From the NCBI GenBank assembly GCA_025349965.1, contig CP075337.1, forward strand, positions 420,001-452,000: a DNA stretch of 32,000 bases, given 5' to 3'. The notes under the pieces are model-generated. The model did no database searches and had not been told where the DNA came from. It saw only the letters and a list, made by a program, of their open reading frames with translations. Positions within the stretch are counted from its first letter, which is position 1; every line of letters starts with the position of its first letter. Shown one piece after another: positions 22,782 to 30,767 of this stretch. The position numbers and the translations under genes were made by a program. The stretch comes from Candidatus Saccharimonadota bacterium. Its GTDB lineage: Bacteria; Patescibacteriota; Saccharimonadia; Saccharimonadales; Saccharimonadaceae.

Positions 22782-24242
22782 ATGTTGCAGTTTCACAACC
22801 AACTCACTAAAAAAGTTGACCAGTTTACACCGTTAAAAGAAGGTGAAATCACGCTCTACACCTGTGGCCCAACCGTCTATAGCACGCCAACTGTTGGCAA
22901 CTGGGCTTCATATGTCCACTGGGATACGCTTGTAAGAACACTCCGTACCCATAAGTATGACGTAAAGCGCGTCATGAACATCACGGATGTTGGCCACCTC
23001 GTCAGCGACGGTGATGAAGGTGAAGATAAGCTTGAAAAAGGTGCGCGTCGCGAGGGAAAGACTGCGTGGGAAGTTGCCGAGTACTACATGCAAGACTTCC
23101 TCAACGGCATGGACGCGCTCAACCTCATCCCGCCAACCCATACACCACGAGCAACCGAGTTTATTGAGGAGCAGCTCAACCTTATTCGCATCCTTAAAGA
23201 AAAGGGGTATACCTATCAAATCTCTGACGGAATTTATTACGATACCGCCAAATTCCCAACCTACGACACCTTTGCCGGTCTTGACCTTGATGCGCAGAAA
23301 GCTGGCGCACGTGTAGAGTTTAATCCAGAAAAGCGTAGTGCAAGTGATTTTGCGCTCTGGAAGTTTACCCCAGCAGGGCAAGTGCGTGACATGGAGTGGG
23401 AGACACCGGCAGACCTCCTCGAACAAACTTCTACGGCTACTGCGATGGGATTTCCTGGCTGGCACCTTGAGTGTTCAGCAATGGCACTCAACCTTCTAGG
23501 TGATACAATCGATATTCATACCGGCGGCATTGATCACATCCCCGTGCATCATACTAACGAAATTGCCCAATCGGAAGCTGCGACCGGGCAACGTTTTGCA
23601 AATTACTGGCTCCACACGAATCACCTCAAGGTGAATGGTACAAAAATAAGTAAGTCGCTTGGCAATGGCTACACACTACAAGACCTTGAGAAACTCGGTT
23701 TTGACCCGCTTGATTTGCGCATGGCAATTCTCCAGGGTCACTACCGTTCTGAGGGTAACTTTACCATCGAAGGGCTTGAGGCTGCCCACAACCGTCGTCT
23801 CAACTGGCGGAATAGTGCTGCGTTGCGCCATCAAATGCACGATACAATCGAGAAGAATAGCGTCGAGAATAGCAAGCTCACCGTACGGTTTGAGGCTGCT
23901 CGTCGTGAACTTGTTGAGGCACTTGCAAATGACCTAAATACGCCAGAGGCGCTTGCGGTTGTTGATGCCCTCTTCAAAGAAATCGTTACACTTCCACTTG
24001 AGGAACTGTATGATGCTGGCTTCTTGCAATTCCTTGAGACAGCCGACGAACTTCTTGGGCTTGAGCTGCTTAGTAGCACGCCAGACATTTCCGATGAACA
24101 AAAAATGCGTCTTGTCCAGCGACTCCGCGCCCGAGAAGAGAAGGACTTTGCAACTTCAGATGAAATCCGCGACGAGCTTCTTTCAGATGGCATTGCGGTA
24201 CGTGACACGCCAAGCGGCACTGTTTGGGAATACGTCGCCTAA
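22782..24242 (+). CDS. cysS: Cysteine--tRNA ligase (486 aa)
   Basis: Collinear with CysRS: YTCGPTVY, GWHLECSAM, GGIDHIPVHHTNEIAQSEA, KISKSLGN and DDLNTPEA. The ATG lies 1 nt after the nrnA stop codon. Confidence 0.95.
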   Translation: MLQFHNQLTKKVDQFTPLKEGEITLYTCGPTVYSTPTVGNWASYVHWDTLVRTLRTHKYDVKRVMNITDVGHLVSDGDEGEDKLEKGARREGKTAWEVAEYYMQDFLNGMDALNLIPPTHTPRATEFIEEQLNLIRILKEKGYTYQISDGIYYDTAKFPTYDTFAGLDLDAQKAGARVEFNPEKRSASDFALWKFTPAGQVRDMEWETPADLLEQTSTATAMGFPGWHLECSAMALNLLGDTIDIHTGGIDHIPVHHTNEIAQSEAATGQRFANYWLHTNHLKVNGTKISKSLGNGYTLQDLEKLGFDPLDLRMAILQGHYRSEGNFTIEGLEAAHNRRLNWRNSAALRHQMHDTIEKNSVENSKLTVRFEAARRELVEALANDLNTPEALAVVDALFKEIVTLPLEELYDAGFLQFLETADELLGLELLSSTPDISDEQKMRLVQRLRAREEKDFATSDEIRDELLSDGIAVRDTPSGTVWEYVA

Positions 24243-24251
24243 TAAAAAGAA

Positions 24252-24277
24252 AAGACGGCTTCTAGGCCGTCTTTTTT
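24252..24277. terminator. Bidirectional terminator between cysS and the AI-2E gene
   Basis: AAGACGGC-ttctag-GCCGTCTT flanked by A and T tracts. It overlaps the last codons of the minus-strand gene. Confidence 0.8.
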
Positions 24278-25374
24278 GTTGTCTTTGTTTTTGGGGCTAT
24301 TTTTCTATCGTTGCGAGCAAGGTGCTCATCAATCAACACACGGATAACCCCAGCAATTGGGATAGCGATGATACCTCCGACAACACCGAACATGTACAAG
24401 CCGATTGTTACGGCACCGAGCACCATCAATGCAGATAAGTCAATTCGCTTTGCCTGAATATGTGGTGAGATGAAGTTATTTTCAACTTGCTGATAAATAA
24501 CGAAGAAGACAGCGTAAGTAATTGCTGCAGGAATGCTATTAAGCGCGAGGAGGAGACAAATTATAACTCCACCGATAGTTGCACCGAACATTGGAATTAA
24601 TGAAAGTACAAAAGTGATTGCGGCGGTTGGCATAGAAAGACTTGCCTCAACCGGTGGAAAGATGAAGCTCAACGCGAAAACAGCGAGACCGGCCGCGGTT
24701 GCACCAATTGCAGATACAGTAAGCTGTCCGGTGATGTAGCCACTCACTACAGAGTACATGCGTCCTGAAATGCGACGGTGCTGCTTCATCTTTTCTTTAT
24801 CCTTATAAAGGCGCCAGATGCGGTTCATCCATTCAGGACCCTCAATCAACATCAAGAAAGTAAGGACAAGTACGAGAATGAGTGCCGCGAAGAAGGAGAA
24901 GAGTGAGCCAATCCCAGCAACAACTTGGCGTCCAACATCACCCGCCCATCCAGCTGCATTATTCTTGATAGATTCGAGTGCAGAGTCAACTTGAGCCTGT
25001 AGACCATACTGTTCTACGAGATGATTAAGGCCCTGCCACTGATTAGTCGCTGAATCAACAAACTCAGGAACATTCTGTGCAAACCGAGCAGTCTGTTGAA
25101 CAATAGGTGGAATGACAAGCACGACCACGGTGGCGAGAATTGCAATTACCGCAACATAGGCAAGCGCTGTTGCACCAACACGGCTTCGTCCCGGCAGCTT
25201 ATTGGCAATCCACGTAACAGGGCGGTGGAGGGCCATCGTAAGAAAGAAGGAGACGCCAAGGATAATCAAACCAACCTGCGCCTTATATAGTAAGAATCCG
25301 GCAAGGCCGATAGCGAAAACTACCAACCAAAACCGTACAAATGTCTGTGTGTCAATTTCTATACGGGTTCTCAT
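24262..25374 (-). CDS. AI-2E family (UPF0118/PerM-like) transporter (370 aa)
   Basis: About 8 TM helices and the characteristic C-terminal region (YQQVENNFISPHIQAKRIDLSALMVL). Confidence 0.82.
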   Translation of the reverse strand: MRTRIEIDTQTFVRFWLVVFAIGLAGFLLYKAQVGLIILGVSFFLTMALHRPVTWIANKLPGRSRVGATALAYVAVIAILATVVVLVIPPIVQQTARFAQNVPEFVDSATNQWQGLNHLVEQYGLQAQVDSALESIKNNAAGWAGDVGRQVVAGIGSLFSFFAALILVLVLTFLMLIEGPEWMNRIWRLYKDKEKMKQHRRISGRMYSVVSGYITGQLTVSAIGATAAGLAVFALSFIFPPVEASLSMPTAAITFVLSLIPMFGATIGGVIICLLLALNSIPAAITYAVFFVIYQQVENNFISPHIQAKRIDLSALMVLGAVTIGLYMFGVVGGIIAIPIAGVIRVLIDEHLARNDRKIAPKTKTTKKTA

Positions 25375-25380
25375 GTTATC

Positions 25381-25389
25381 AGTATACCA
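25381..25389 (-). promoter_or_regulatory. TGGTATACT extended -10 ending 6 nt before the AI-2E ATG (leaderless type)
   Basis: The minus strand reads GTGGTATACT-gataac-ATG. Confidence 0.5.
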
Positions 25390-25440
25390 CTACTTAACCC
25401 TAGACAAACCGCTTGTGCCTCTCTATAGTTATAGGAAGAT

Positions 25441-27102
25441 ATGGAGCAGCTGATATCACAGCTTAGGGGGGCGCTTTCTGGTACTATTTCAACGAGCCAG
25501 ACGGCTCGAACTGCCGTACGTCGAGACGGGAGTCTTTTTGAGAGTATCCCTGATGCTGTAATGACGCCTGCAACCGCCGCTGATGTATCATCGCTCGTGA
25601 AGTTCGTCGTTAAACATAAAACAAGTTTTCCGAAACTTGCCATTACCGCACGCGGAGCAGGGACGGACATGTCTGGAGCGGCGATTGGTTCATCAATTAT
25701 ACTGGACACTTCGACACTTTCAACTATACAAGCCTTCAATGGGCGCTTTATTCAAGCCCAGCCTGGCGCGCGCATCGATGACATGCAGCGAATTCTCTAT
25801 GCGCACAACCTCACACTTGCTTCAGCCCCCTCAAATCAGCACCTCACCACACTTGGGGGGATGGTGGCTAATAATAGTGCAAGTGCCGATTCGTTCCGTC
25901 ACGGAACAACTGAACGGTGGGTAAGGGCGCTAAAAGTGGTGCTCGCGGACGGTAATGAGTATGTCGTTCGACCACTGAATAAAAAAGAACTTGATAAGAA
26001 AATGGCTCAACCGACGTACGAAGGGCGCCTTTACGCACATTTATATTCGTTGCTTAACAAAAATTATGATTTAATTCGTAACGCACGGCCACACACAACC
26101 AAAAATACGAGTGGTTACAATCTATGGAATGTATGGGACAAGGAGAATGGTATTTTTGACCTCACACAACTCTTCACAGGAAGCCAAGGTACGTTGGGCA
26201 TCATCACCGAAGCAACACTTGAAGCAGTTAAACGACCCGCCTTCACAGGGACACTTCTCGTACACATACCGTCGCTGAGAAAACTTGACCTTGTCTTGAG
26301 CACCATTAGACGCCACAACCCCTTGAGTATCGAGGGATTTGACGATCTATCATTTATGCAAGCGCTCCAGTCTCACGCAACACTCCGCAAGCGACTCGGC
26401 AAACGTGAATATATAAAGCAGCAAGCACGCCTCACTTCATCGGCACTTTCACTGCGCTCAAGCGGCAACCAACTTCTTTTGGCGGTTACAGTAGATGGCG
26501 ATACACAGGACATCGTACTAAAAAAGATTGAGTCGCTGTACGATGAGCTCTCTCGTTATAAGGTCGGGCTCGATATCTCTATAGATTCCCAGTCGCAGAC
26601 CCAAGGTCGTCGCATGCGCCAATCAACGCTTGCACTGATTCAAGATCAGATTACCACGTGGCACGCTTCGCCGTTTATCGATGACATGGCCGTTCATCCA
26701 ACGCGCGTTGCCGCTTTTCTTCCACGACTACAGAAAATCCTCAAGAAGTATTCGTTTCCAGCGATAATTCACGGTCACTTTGGAGACGGAAATTTCCACA
26801 TTGTCCCGCTAAAAGATGTCTCCTCTGCAAAAGAGCGAGCAAAGCTCGAGCCAATGATGCGAGCCATTAGCGCGCTCATTATCGAATTTGACGGTACGCT
26901 CTCAGGCGAGCATGGCGATGGAATGATACGTGGCCCTTGGCTTCCGGCACAGTTCAACCAAGAGGTGTACGCGCTCTTTAAAGGCGTAAAAGAACTTTTC
27001 GATCCGTTGTATATTTTTAACCCCCACAAGAAAACTGACGCCTCATGGGAATACAGCATGTCACAGCTTCGCCCAGAAGCGAAAATGGGACAAAAGCGCT
27101 AA
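25441..27102 (+). CDS. FAD-binding (PCMH-type) oxidoreductase, GlcD/D-lactate dehydrogenase-like (553 aa)
   Basis: N-terminal FAD_binding_4 pattern (ARGAGTDMSGAAIG, LGGMVANNSAS, GSQGTLGIITEATL) and a C-terminal FAD-oxidase domain (HGHFGDGNFH, SGEHGDG). Confidence 0.82.
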   Translation: MEQLISQLRGALSGTISTSQTARTAVRRDGSLFESIPDAVMTPATAADVSSLVKFVVKHKTSFPKLAITARGAGTDMSGAAIGSSIILDTSTLSTIQAFNGRFIQAQPGARIDDMQRILYAHNLTLASAPSNQHLTTLGGMVANNSASADSFRHGTTERWVRALKVVLADGNEYVVRPLNKKELDKKMAQPTYEGRLYAHLYSLLNKNYDLIRNARPHTTKNTSGYNLWNVWDKENGIFDLTQLFTGSQGTLGIITEATLEAVKRPAFTGTLLVHIPSLRKLDLVLSTIRRHNPLSIEGFDDLSFMQALQSHATLRKRLGKREYIKQQARLTSSALSLRSSGNQLLLAVTVDGDTQDIVLKKIESLYDELSRYKVGLDISIDSQSQTQGRRMRQSTLALIQDQITTWHASPFIDDMAVHPTRVAAFLPRLQKILKKYSFPAIIHGHFGDGNFHIVPLKDVSSAKERAKLEPMMRAISALIIEFDGTLSGEHGDGMIRGPWLPAQFNQEVYALFKGVKELFDPLYIFNPHKKTDASWEYSMSQLRPEAKMGQKR

Positions 27103-27146
27103 AAAATTGCATAATTGTTACTTGTTAATGTATAGTAAAGGTACTT

Positions 27147-27455
27147 ATGCAAAAACAGACAATTGGATGTGTAAAGGCGGCAACGGCAGTACTCGGAGAT
27201 AAATGGACTCCTCAGCTTCTTCGCTTTTTCGCAAATGAGCCAGCTGTTCGTTTTGGAAGCATTCAAGACTTCGTAGAAGGAATTAATCCTCGTACACTTT
27301 CCGCGCGTCTTGGCAATTTAGAGCAGGAGGGGGTTATCCAAAAAATAACCAAGCCAAACACAACTCGGTGCGAGTATTGTCTCACCGAGAAAGGTAAGGC
27401 GCTCATCCCAATTCTCACCGCCATGGAGACATGGAGCCGAACCTACGAATCTTAA
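27147..27455 (+). CDS. HxlR-family winged-helix transcriptional regulator (102 aa)
   Basis: LGDKWTPQLLRFF..., F..I......INPRTLSARL..LE..G.I, typical size. Confidence 0.82.
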   Translation: MQKQTIGCVKAATAVLGDKWTPQLLRFFANEPAVRFGSIQDFVEGINPRTLSARLGNLEQEGVIQKITKPNTTRCEYCLTEKGKALIPILTAMETWSRTYES

Positions 27456-27494
27456 CGATAGGTTAAATATCAGCACACTCTCAGAAAAGTGGCG

Positions 27495-27500
27495 TATACT
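27495..27500 (+). promoter_or_regulatory. TATACT -10 box ending 6 nt before the response-regulator ATG (leaderless type)
   Basis: TATACT-agtact-ATG (27507). Confidence 0.4.
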
Positions 27501-27506
27501 AGTACT

Positions 27507-28181
27507 ATGAGAGTGTTAATTATCGAGGATGAACACAAAATTGCTCGGGCCTTAGGCAAGGCTTTGCAACAAGAGACGTATGCTGTTGATATCGCTTACG
27601 ATGGAGACGAGGGCTACGCCATGGCAACAACCGAGCCATACGATATTGCGATTATCGACCGTATGATTCCTGGCGAGTACGATGGGCTTGCTATCGTAAA
27701 GGCAATGCGTGACGCTAAAATTCACACACCCGTACTATTTCTCAGTGCGCTCGATAGCATCCACGAACGCACCAAAGGCCTCGACGCCGGCGCGGATGAT
27801 TATCTTGTAAAACCTTTCGCCCTTGAAGAGCTTCTCGCCCGTGTACGCGCGCTTCTTCGCCGGCCAACAGAACAGCAGTCAACTATCCTCTCAGCAGGCG
27901 ATCTTACGCTCGACCCAGCAAACTTCAATGTTGAACGCGACGGCACTCCAATTCAGCTCACAAGCAGGGAATTTGCCCTACTTGAATATCTACTTCGCAA
28001 TCAAGGTCGTCCCATCAGTAAAGAAACTATCATTTCACATGTCTGGGACTACGACGCGAACGTTCTTCCAAATACCGTCGAAGTGTATGTAAAGTATCTC
28101 AGAGCAAAGGTGGACGCTCCATTTAAACAGCCGCTTATTCATACTGTGCGCGGGTTTGGATATAAGCTCGAGGCTGCATAA
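27507..28181 (+). CDS. OmpR/PhoB-family response regulator (224 aa)
   Basis: MRVLIIEDE start, receiver Asp (IAIIDRMIPG), the KPF motif and a winged-helix C-terminus (LTSREFALLEYLL...VRGFGYKL). The alternative GTG at 27489 adds 6 aa. Confidence 0.92.
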   Translation: MRVLIIEDEHKIARALGKALQQETYAVDIAYDGDEGYAMATTEPYDIAIIDRMIPGEYDGLAIVKAMRDAKIHTPVLFLSALDSIHERTKGLDAGADDYLVKPFALEELLARVRALLRRPTEQQSTILSAGDLTLDPANFNVERDGTPIQLTSREFALLEYLLRNQGRPISKETIISHVWDYDANVLPNTVEVYVKYLRAKVDAPFKQPLIHTVRGFGYKLEAA

Positions 28182-29234
28182 ATGCAGCTCTTTCGCTCGG
28201 CCACACTTAAGCTTACAGTTTGGTATCTTGCTATACTAATGGCTATCAGTCTCGCGTTCAGCGTACTGCTCTATCAACTCAACGTTCGTGAAGTGACCGT
28301 GCGCCTCCAGACGCTTCAGCATAACCTCTTAGGCGACACCATTACGTTACCTTTTCTCCCGCAAACTCCGTCTTCTCCCGCAGCAACGGCGGACTCTCTT
28401 GTCCGTGCAGAGCTCAATACGGCCTCTCGCCAGATGATCACTTCACTCATTTGGGTTAACCTTGTGGTTCTTATCGCCGGTGGCGCAGGTTCGTACCTTA
28501 TGGCACGAAGAACACTTCGCCCAATTGAGGCAGCCCATGAAGCGCAGAGCCGCTTCACAAGTGACGCGAGTCACGAACTGCGAACTCCACTCTCGGCAAT
28601 GAAGGCGGAGATTGAGGTAAATCTACGCGACCCGCAACTAACCGCCAATGAAGCAAAGGAGCTTCTTGAAAGTAACCTCGAAGAAGTAAATAAGCTCATC
28701 TCTCTTACGGAGATGCTCCTCCACTTGTCGCGACTTGAATATGACAAACTTGAGGTCTCTGAAGTCGACATCGCCCTATTAGTAGAAGATAGTGTACAGA
28801 AAAGCGCGCAGGGCAACCGGTTCTCGGTAAAGACTCGCAAGAAGGCTAGTACATTAGCAAACGAAGCCGCCGTTACGGAAGTAATTGATATTCTTATGGA
28901 AAATGCCCTTAAGTACAGTCCAGCGGATGCACCAATCCTTATTCGAATTTTTGAACAACGCGGACATATAGCGTTTCGCATCAAAAACAACGGCCCTGCC
29001 ATAAGTAAGCAAGCAATTGACCGACTTTTTGACCGCTTTTACCGTGCGGATCAGTCTCGCGCCCGCATAGGCCAAAAAGGCTACGGCCTAGGCCTTTCTA
29101 TCGCGAAGAAGATTGTAGAAATCCACGGGGGGTATATTACTGTATCGAGTAATACCCGCGAAACAGCGTTTACCTTCTTTCTCCCCATTGTGAGAAAAGC
29201 GACACACAAACCATCCAAGTCTCAAGCTAAATAG
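28182..29234 (+). CDS. Sensor histidine kinase (HisKA + HATPase_c, 350 aa)
   Basis: Two TM helices, H-box SDASHELRTPL, N-box ENALKYSP and G-box GYGLGLSIAKKIVEIHGG. The ATG directly follows the response-regulator stop codon. Confidence 0.9.
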   Translation: MQLFRSATLKLTVWYLAILMAISLAFSVLLYQLNVREVTVRLQTLQHNLLGDTITLPFLPQTPSSPAATADSLVRAELNTASRQMITSLIWVNLVVLIAGGAGSYLMARRTLRPIEAAHEAQSRFTSDASHELRTPLSAMKAEIEVNLRDPQLTANEAKELLESNLEEVNKLISLTEMLLHLSRLEYDKLEVSEVDIALLVEDSVQKSAQGNRFSVKTRKKASTLANEAAVTEVIDILMENALKYSPADAPILIRIFEQRGHIAFRIKNNGPAISKQAIDRLFDRFYRADQSRARIGQKGYGLGLSIAKKIVEIHGGYITVSSNTRETAFTFFLPIVRKATHKPSKSQAK

Positions 29235-29383
29235 ATCAGCTCTTTAAAGGATAAAAAATACAACGATTTAGCATACATACTTAAGGAGTATTTCAGAAAC
29301 CAATGGGATACTGAGGGTAGTAGCACATTTAGCTACGAAAGAAACAGCCACTAGGCCAATAAAAAGGAAGGGAGTGAACACCT

Positions 29384-29881
29384 ATGAACACCACCACCGC
29401 ACAAACATACCGTACTGCGACCCAACAACCAATTCTTATCAGCAAAAGGGGCATGAAAGACCTTAAAAAGTCTATCGCGCAGTTAGAGCAGGATCTTTCT
29501 GCTATTCAACGAAGTCTTAAAGAAAGTGACAAAACCCACGGTCATGACGACAGATTTGACCGTATTGAGAAACTCCAGCGCCTTGAAGGTATTGAAGCAG
29601 AGCTTCACGATAAAAAGCAAACGCTCTCGCAGGCAAGACTTATTCCGTCAAAGCGCACTCGCCTCAAGGTAGCAGTTGGATCGGTCGTTGACCTTATCGA
29701 TCAGCAAGGACGAATGTTTAGATACACGCTCGTCGAAAGCATCGAAGCCAACCCGAGCGATGGACGCATCTCAACGCTCAGCCCAATTGGCAAAAGCCTC
29801 GTAGGGAAGACCGTCAAAGATGTCATCGAATGGGGAAGTGGCCCAAGTTATCGCAACCTGCAACTCGTTAAAATATCGTAA
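29384..29881 (+). CDS. GreA/GreB-family transcription elongation factor-like protein (165 aa)
   Basis: SD GGAAGGGAG. An N-terminal coiled coil is followed by a C-terminal GreA/B domain (VAVGSVVDL......Y.LV.......DGRIS..SPIGKSLVGK.V.D). Confidence 0.72.
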   Translation: MNTTTAQTYRTATQQPILISKRGMKDLKKSIAQLEQDLSAIQRSLKESDKTHGHDDRFDRIEKLQRLEGIEAELHDKKQTLSQARLIPSKRTRLKVAVGSVVDLIDQQGRMFRYTLVESIEANPSDGRISTLSPIGKSLVGKTVKDVIEWGSGPSYRNLQLVKIS

Positions 29882-29903
29882 TCACTGTAACGACCTGCTT
29901 AGT

Positions 29904-29932
29904 AAAAGCCCAGCAACAATGCTGGGCTTTTC
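29904..29932 (+). terminator. Intrinsic terminator
   Basis: AAAAGCCCAGC-aacaat-GCTGGGCTTTT. Confidence 0.78.
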
Positions 29933-29949
29933 TCGCTCGGAGTACAAGC

Positions 29950-29958
29950 TGGTATACT
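29950..29958 (+). promoter_or_regulatory. TGGTATACT extended -10 upstream of the methyltransferase gene
   Basis: Lies 15 nt upstream of the ATG at 29974. No leader-peptide ORF fits between them. Confidence 0.45.
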
Positions 29959-29973
29959 ACAGTAAAGAACACC

Positions 29974-30738
29974 ATGAAACGAAACACACAAACGCATTCT
30001 CAGAACTTCCTTCGCTCACCCAAGTTGGTTGCGGAACTTCTTCGTAAATCTTCTATTAAATCTTCTGACACCGTGTATGATATCGGTGCAGGAAGCGGGG
30101 TGATTACTTCTGTGCTCGCTCCTTGCGTCGCCGAAGTCGTTGCAATTGAAGTTGACCCAAAGACTGCCGACATACTGCGTCGTAACGTTGAAGAGATTCA
30201 CAAATTTAAGAATGTCACCATCATCGAGAAAGATTTCTTATCATTACCACTCCCCAAGAACCCCTACAAGATTTTTTCAAATATTCCGTTTCACATTAGT
30301 GCCAAAATAGTACGTCGCCTCTTTAATACTCCTTTCAGCCCAGAGGCGGCATATCTTATCGTCCAAAAACAATTTGGTCAAAAGCTCATCTCCTCAGATA
30401 CAAAACGCTTTACAAGCCAGATTGGCATGCTCCTCGGTGCAGAATATGCTATCAAGATTATCAAAAATCTAAATAAAACAGACTTCACCCCCGCACCGGC
30501 GGTGGATACGGTCTTTATTGAATTGAAAAAACGCCCCCAACCACTCGTTGAACGCTCCCGACTCCCTGCCTATGAAGCATTTACTGAACGCTGCTTCTCA
30601 GACCCTCGCTTTCTCGCAAAACAACACCTTGAACTAATCGGTGCAACCCCAGGACTTTCGCCATCACGCCTGTCGCTCAGTCAATGGCTGCTTTTATTCA
30701 ACGCGAGCGAACTGCCCGCCAGCCAACAGAATAGGTGA
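29974..30738 (+). CDS. rRNA adenine N6-methyltransferase, Erm-like (254 aa)
   Basis: HSQNFL at residues 8-13, SAM motif VYDIGAGSGVIT, AIEVD, and YKIFSNIPFHIS followed by AAYLIVQKQF. By memory this organisation matches ErmB/ErmC better than KsgA/RsmA. Confidence 0.68.
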   Translation: MKRNTQTHSQNFLRSPKLVAELLRKSSIKSSDTVYDIGAGSGVITSVLAPCVAEVVAIEVDPKTADILRRNVEEIHKFKNVTIIEKDFLSLPLPKNPYKIFSNIPFHISAKIVRRLFNTPFSPEAAYLIVQKQFGQKLISSDTKRFTSQIGMLLGAEYAIKIIKNLNKTDFTPAPAVDTVFIELKKRPQPLVERSRLPAYEAFTERCFSDPRFLAKQHLELIGATPGLSPSRLSLSQWLLLFNASELPASQQNR

Positions 30739-30754
30739 AATAGCTAAAACCCTT

Positions 30755-30760
30755 TATACT
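30755..30760 (+). promoter_or_regulatory. TATACT -10 box ending 7 nt before the cls ATG
   Basis: TATACT-agagggc-ATG. The spacer could instead act as a short SD (GAGGG). Confidence 0.3.
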
Positions 30761-30767
30761 AGAGGGC

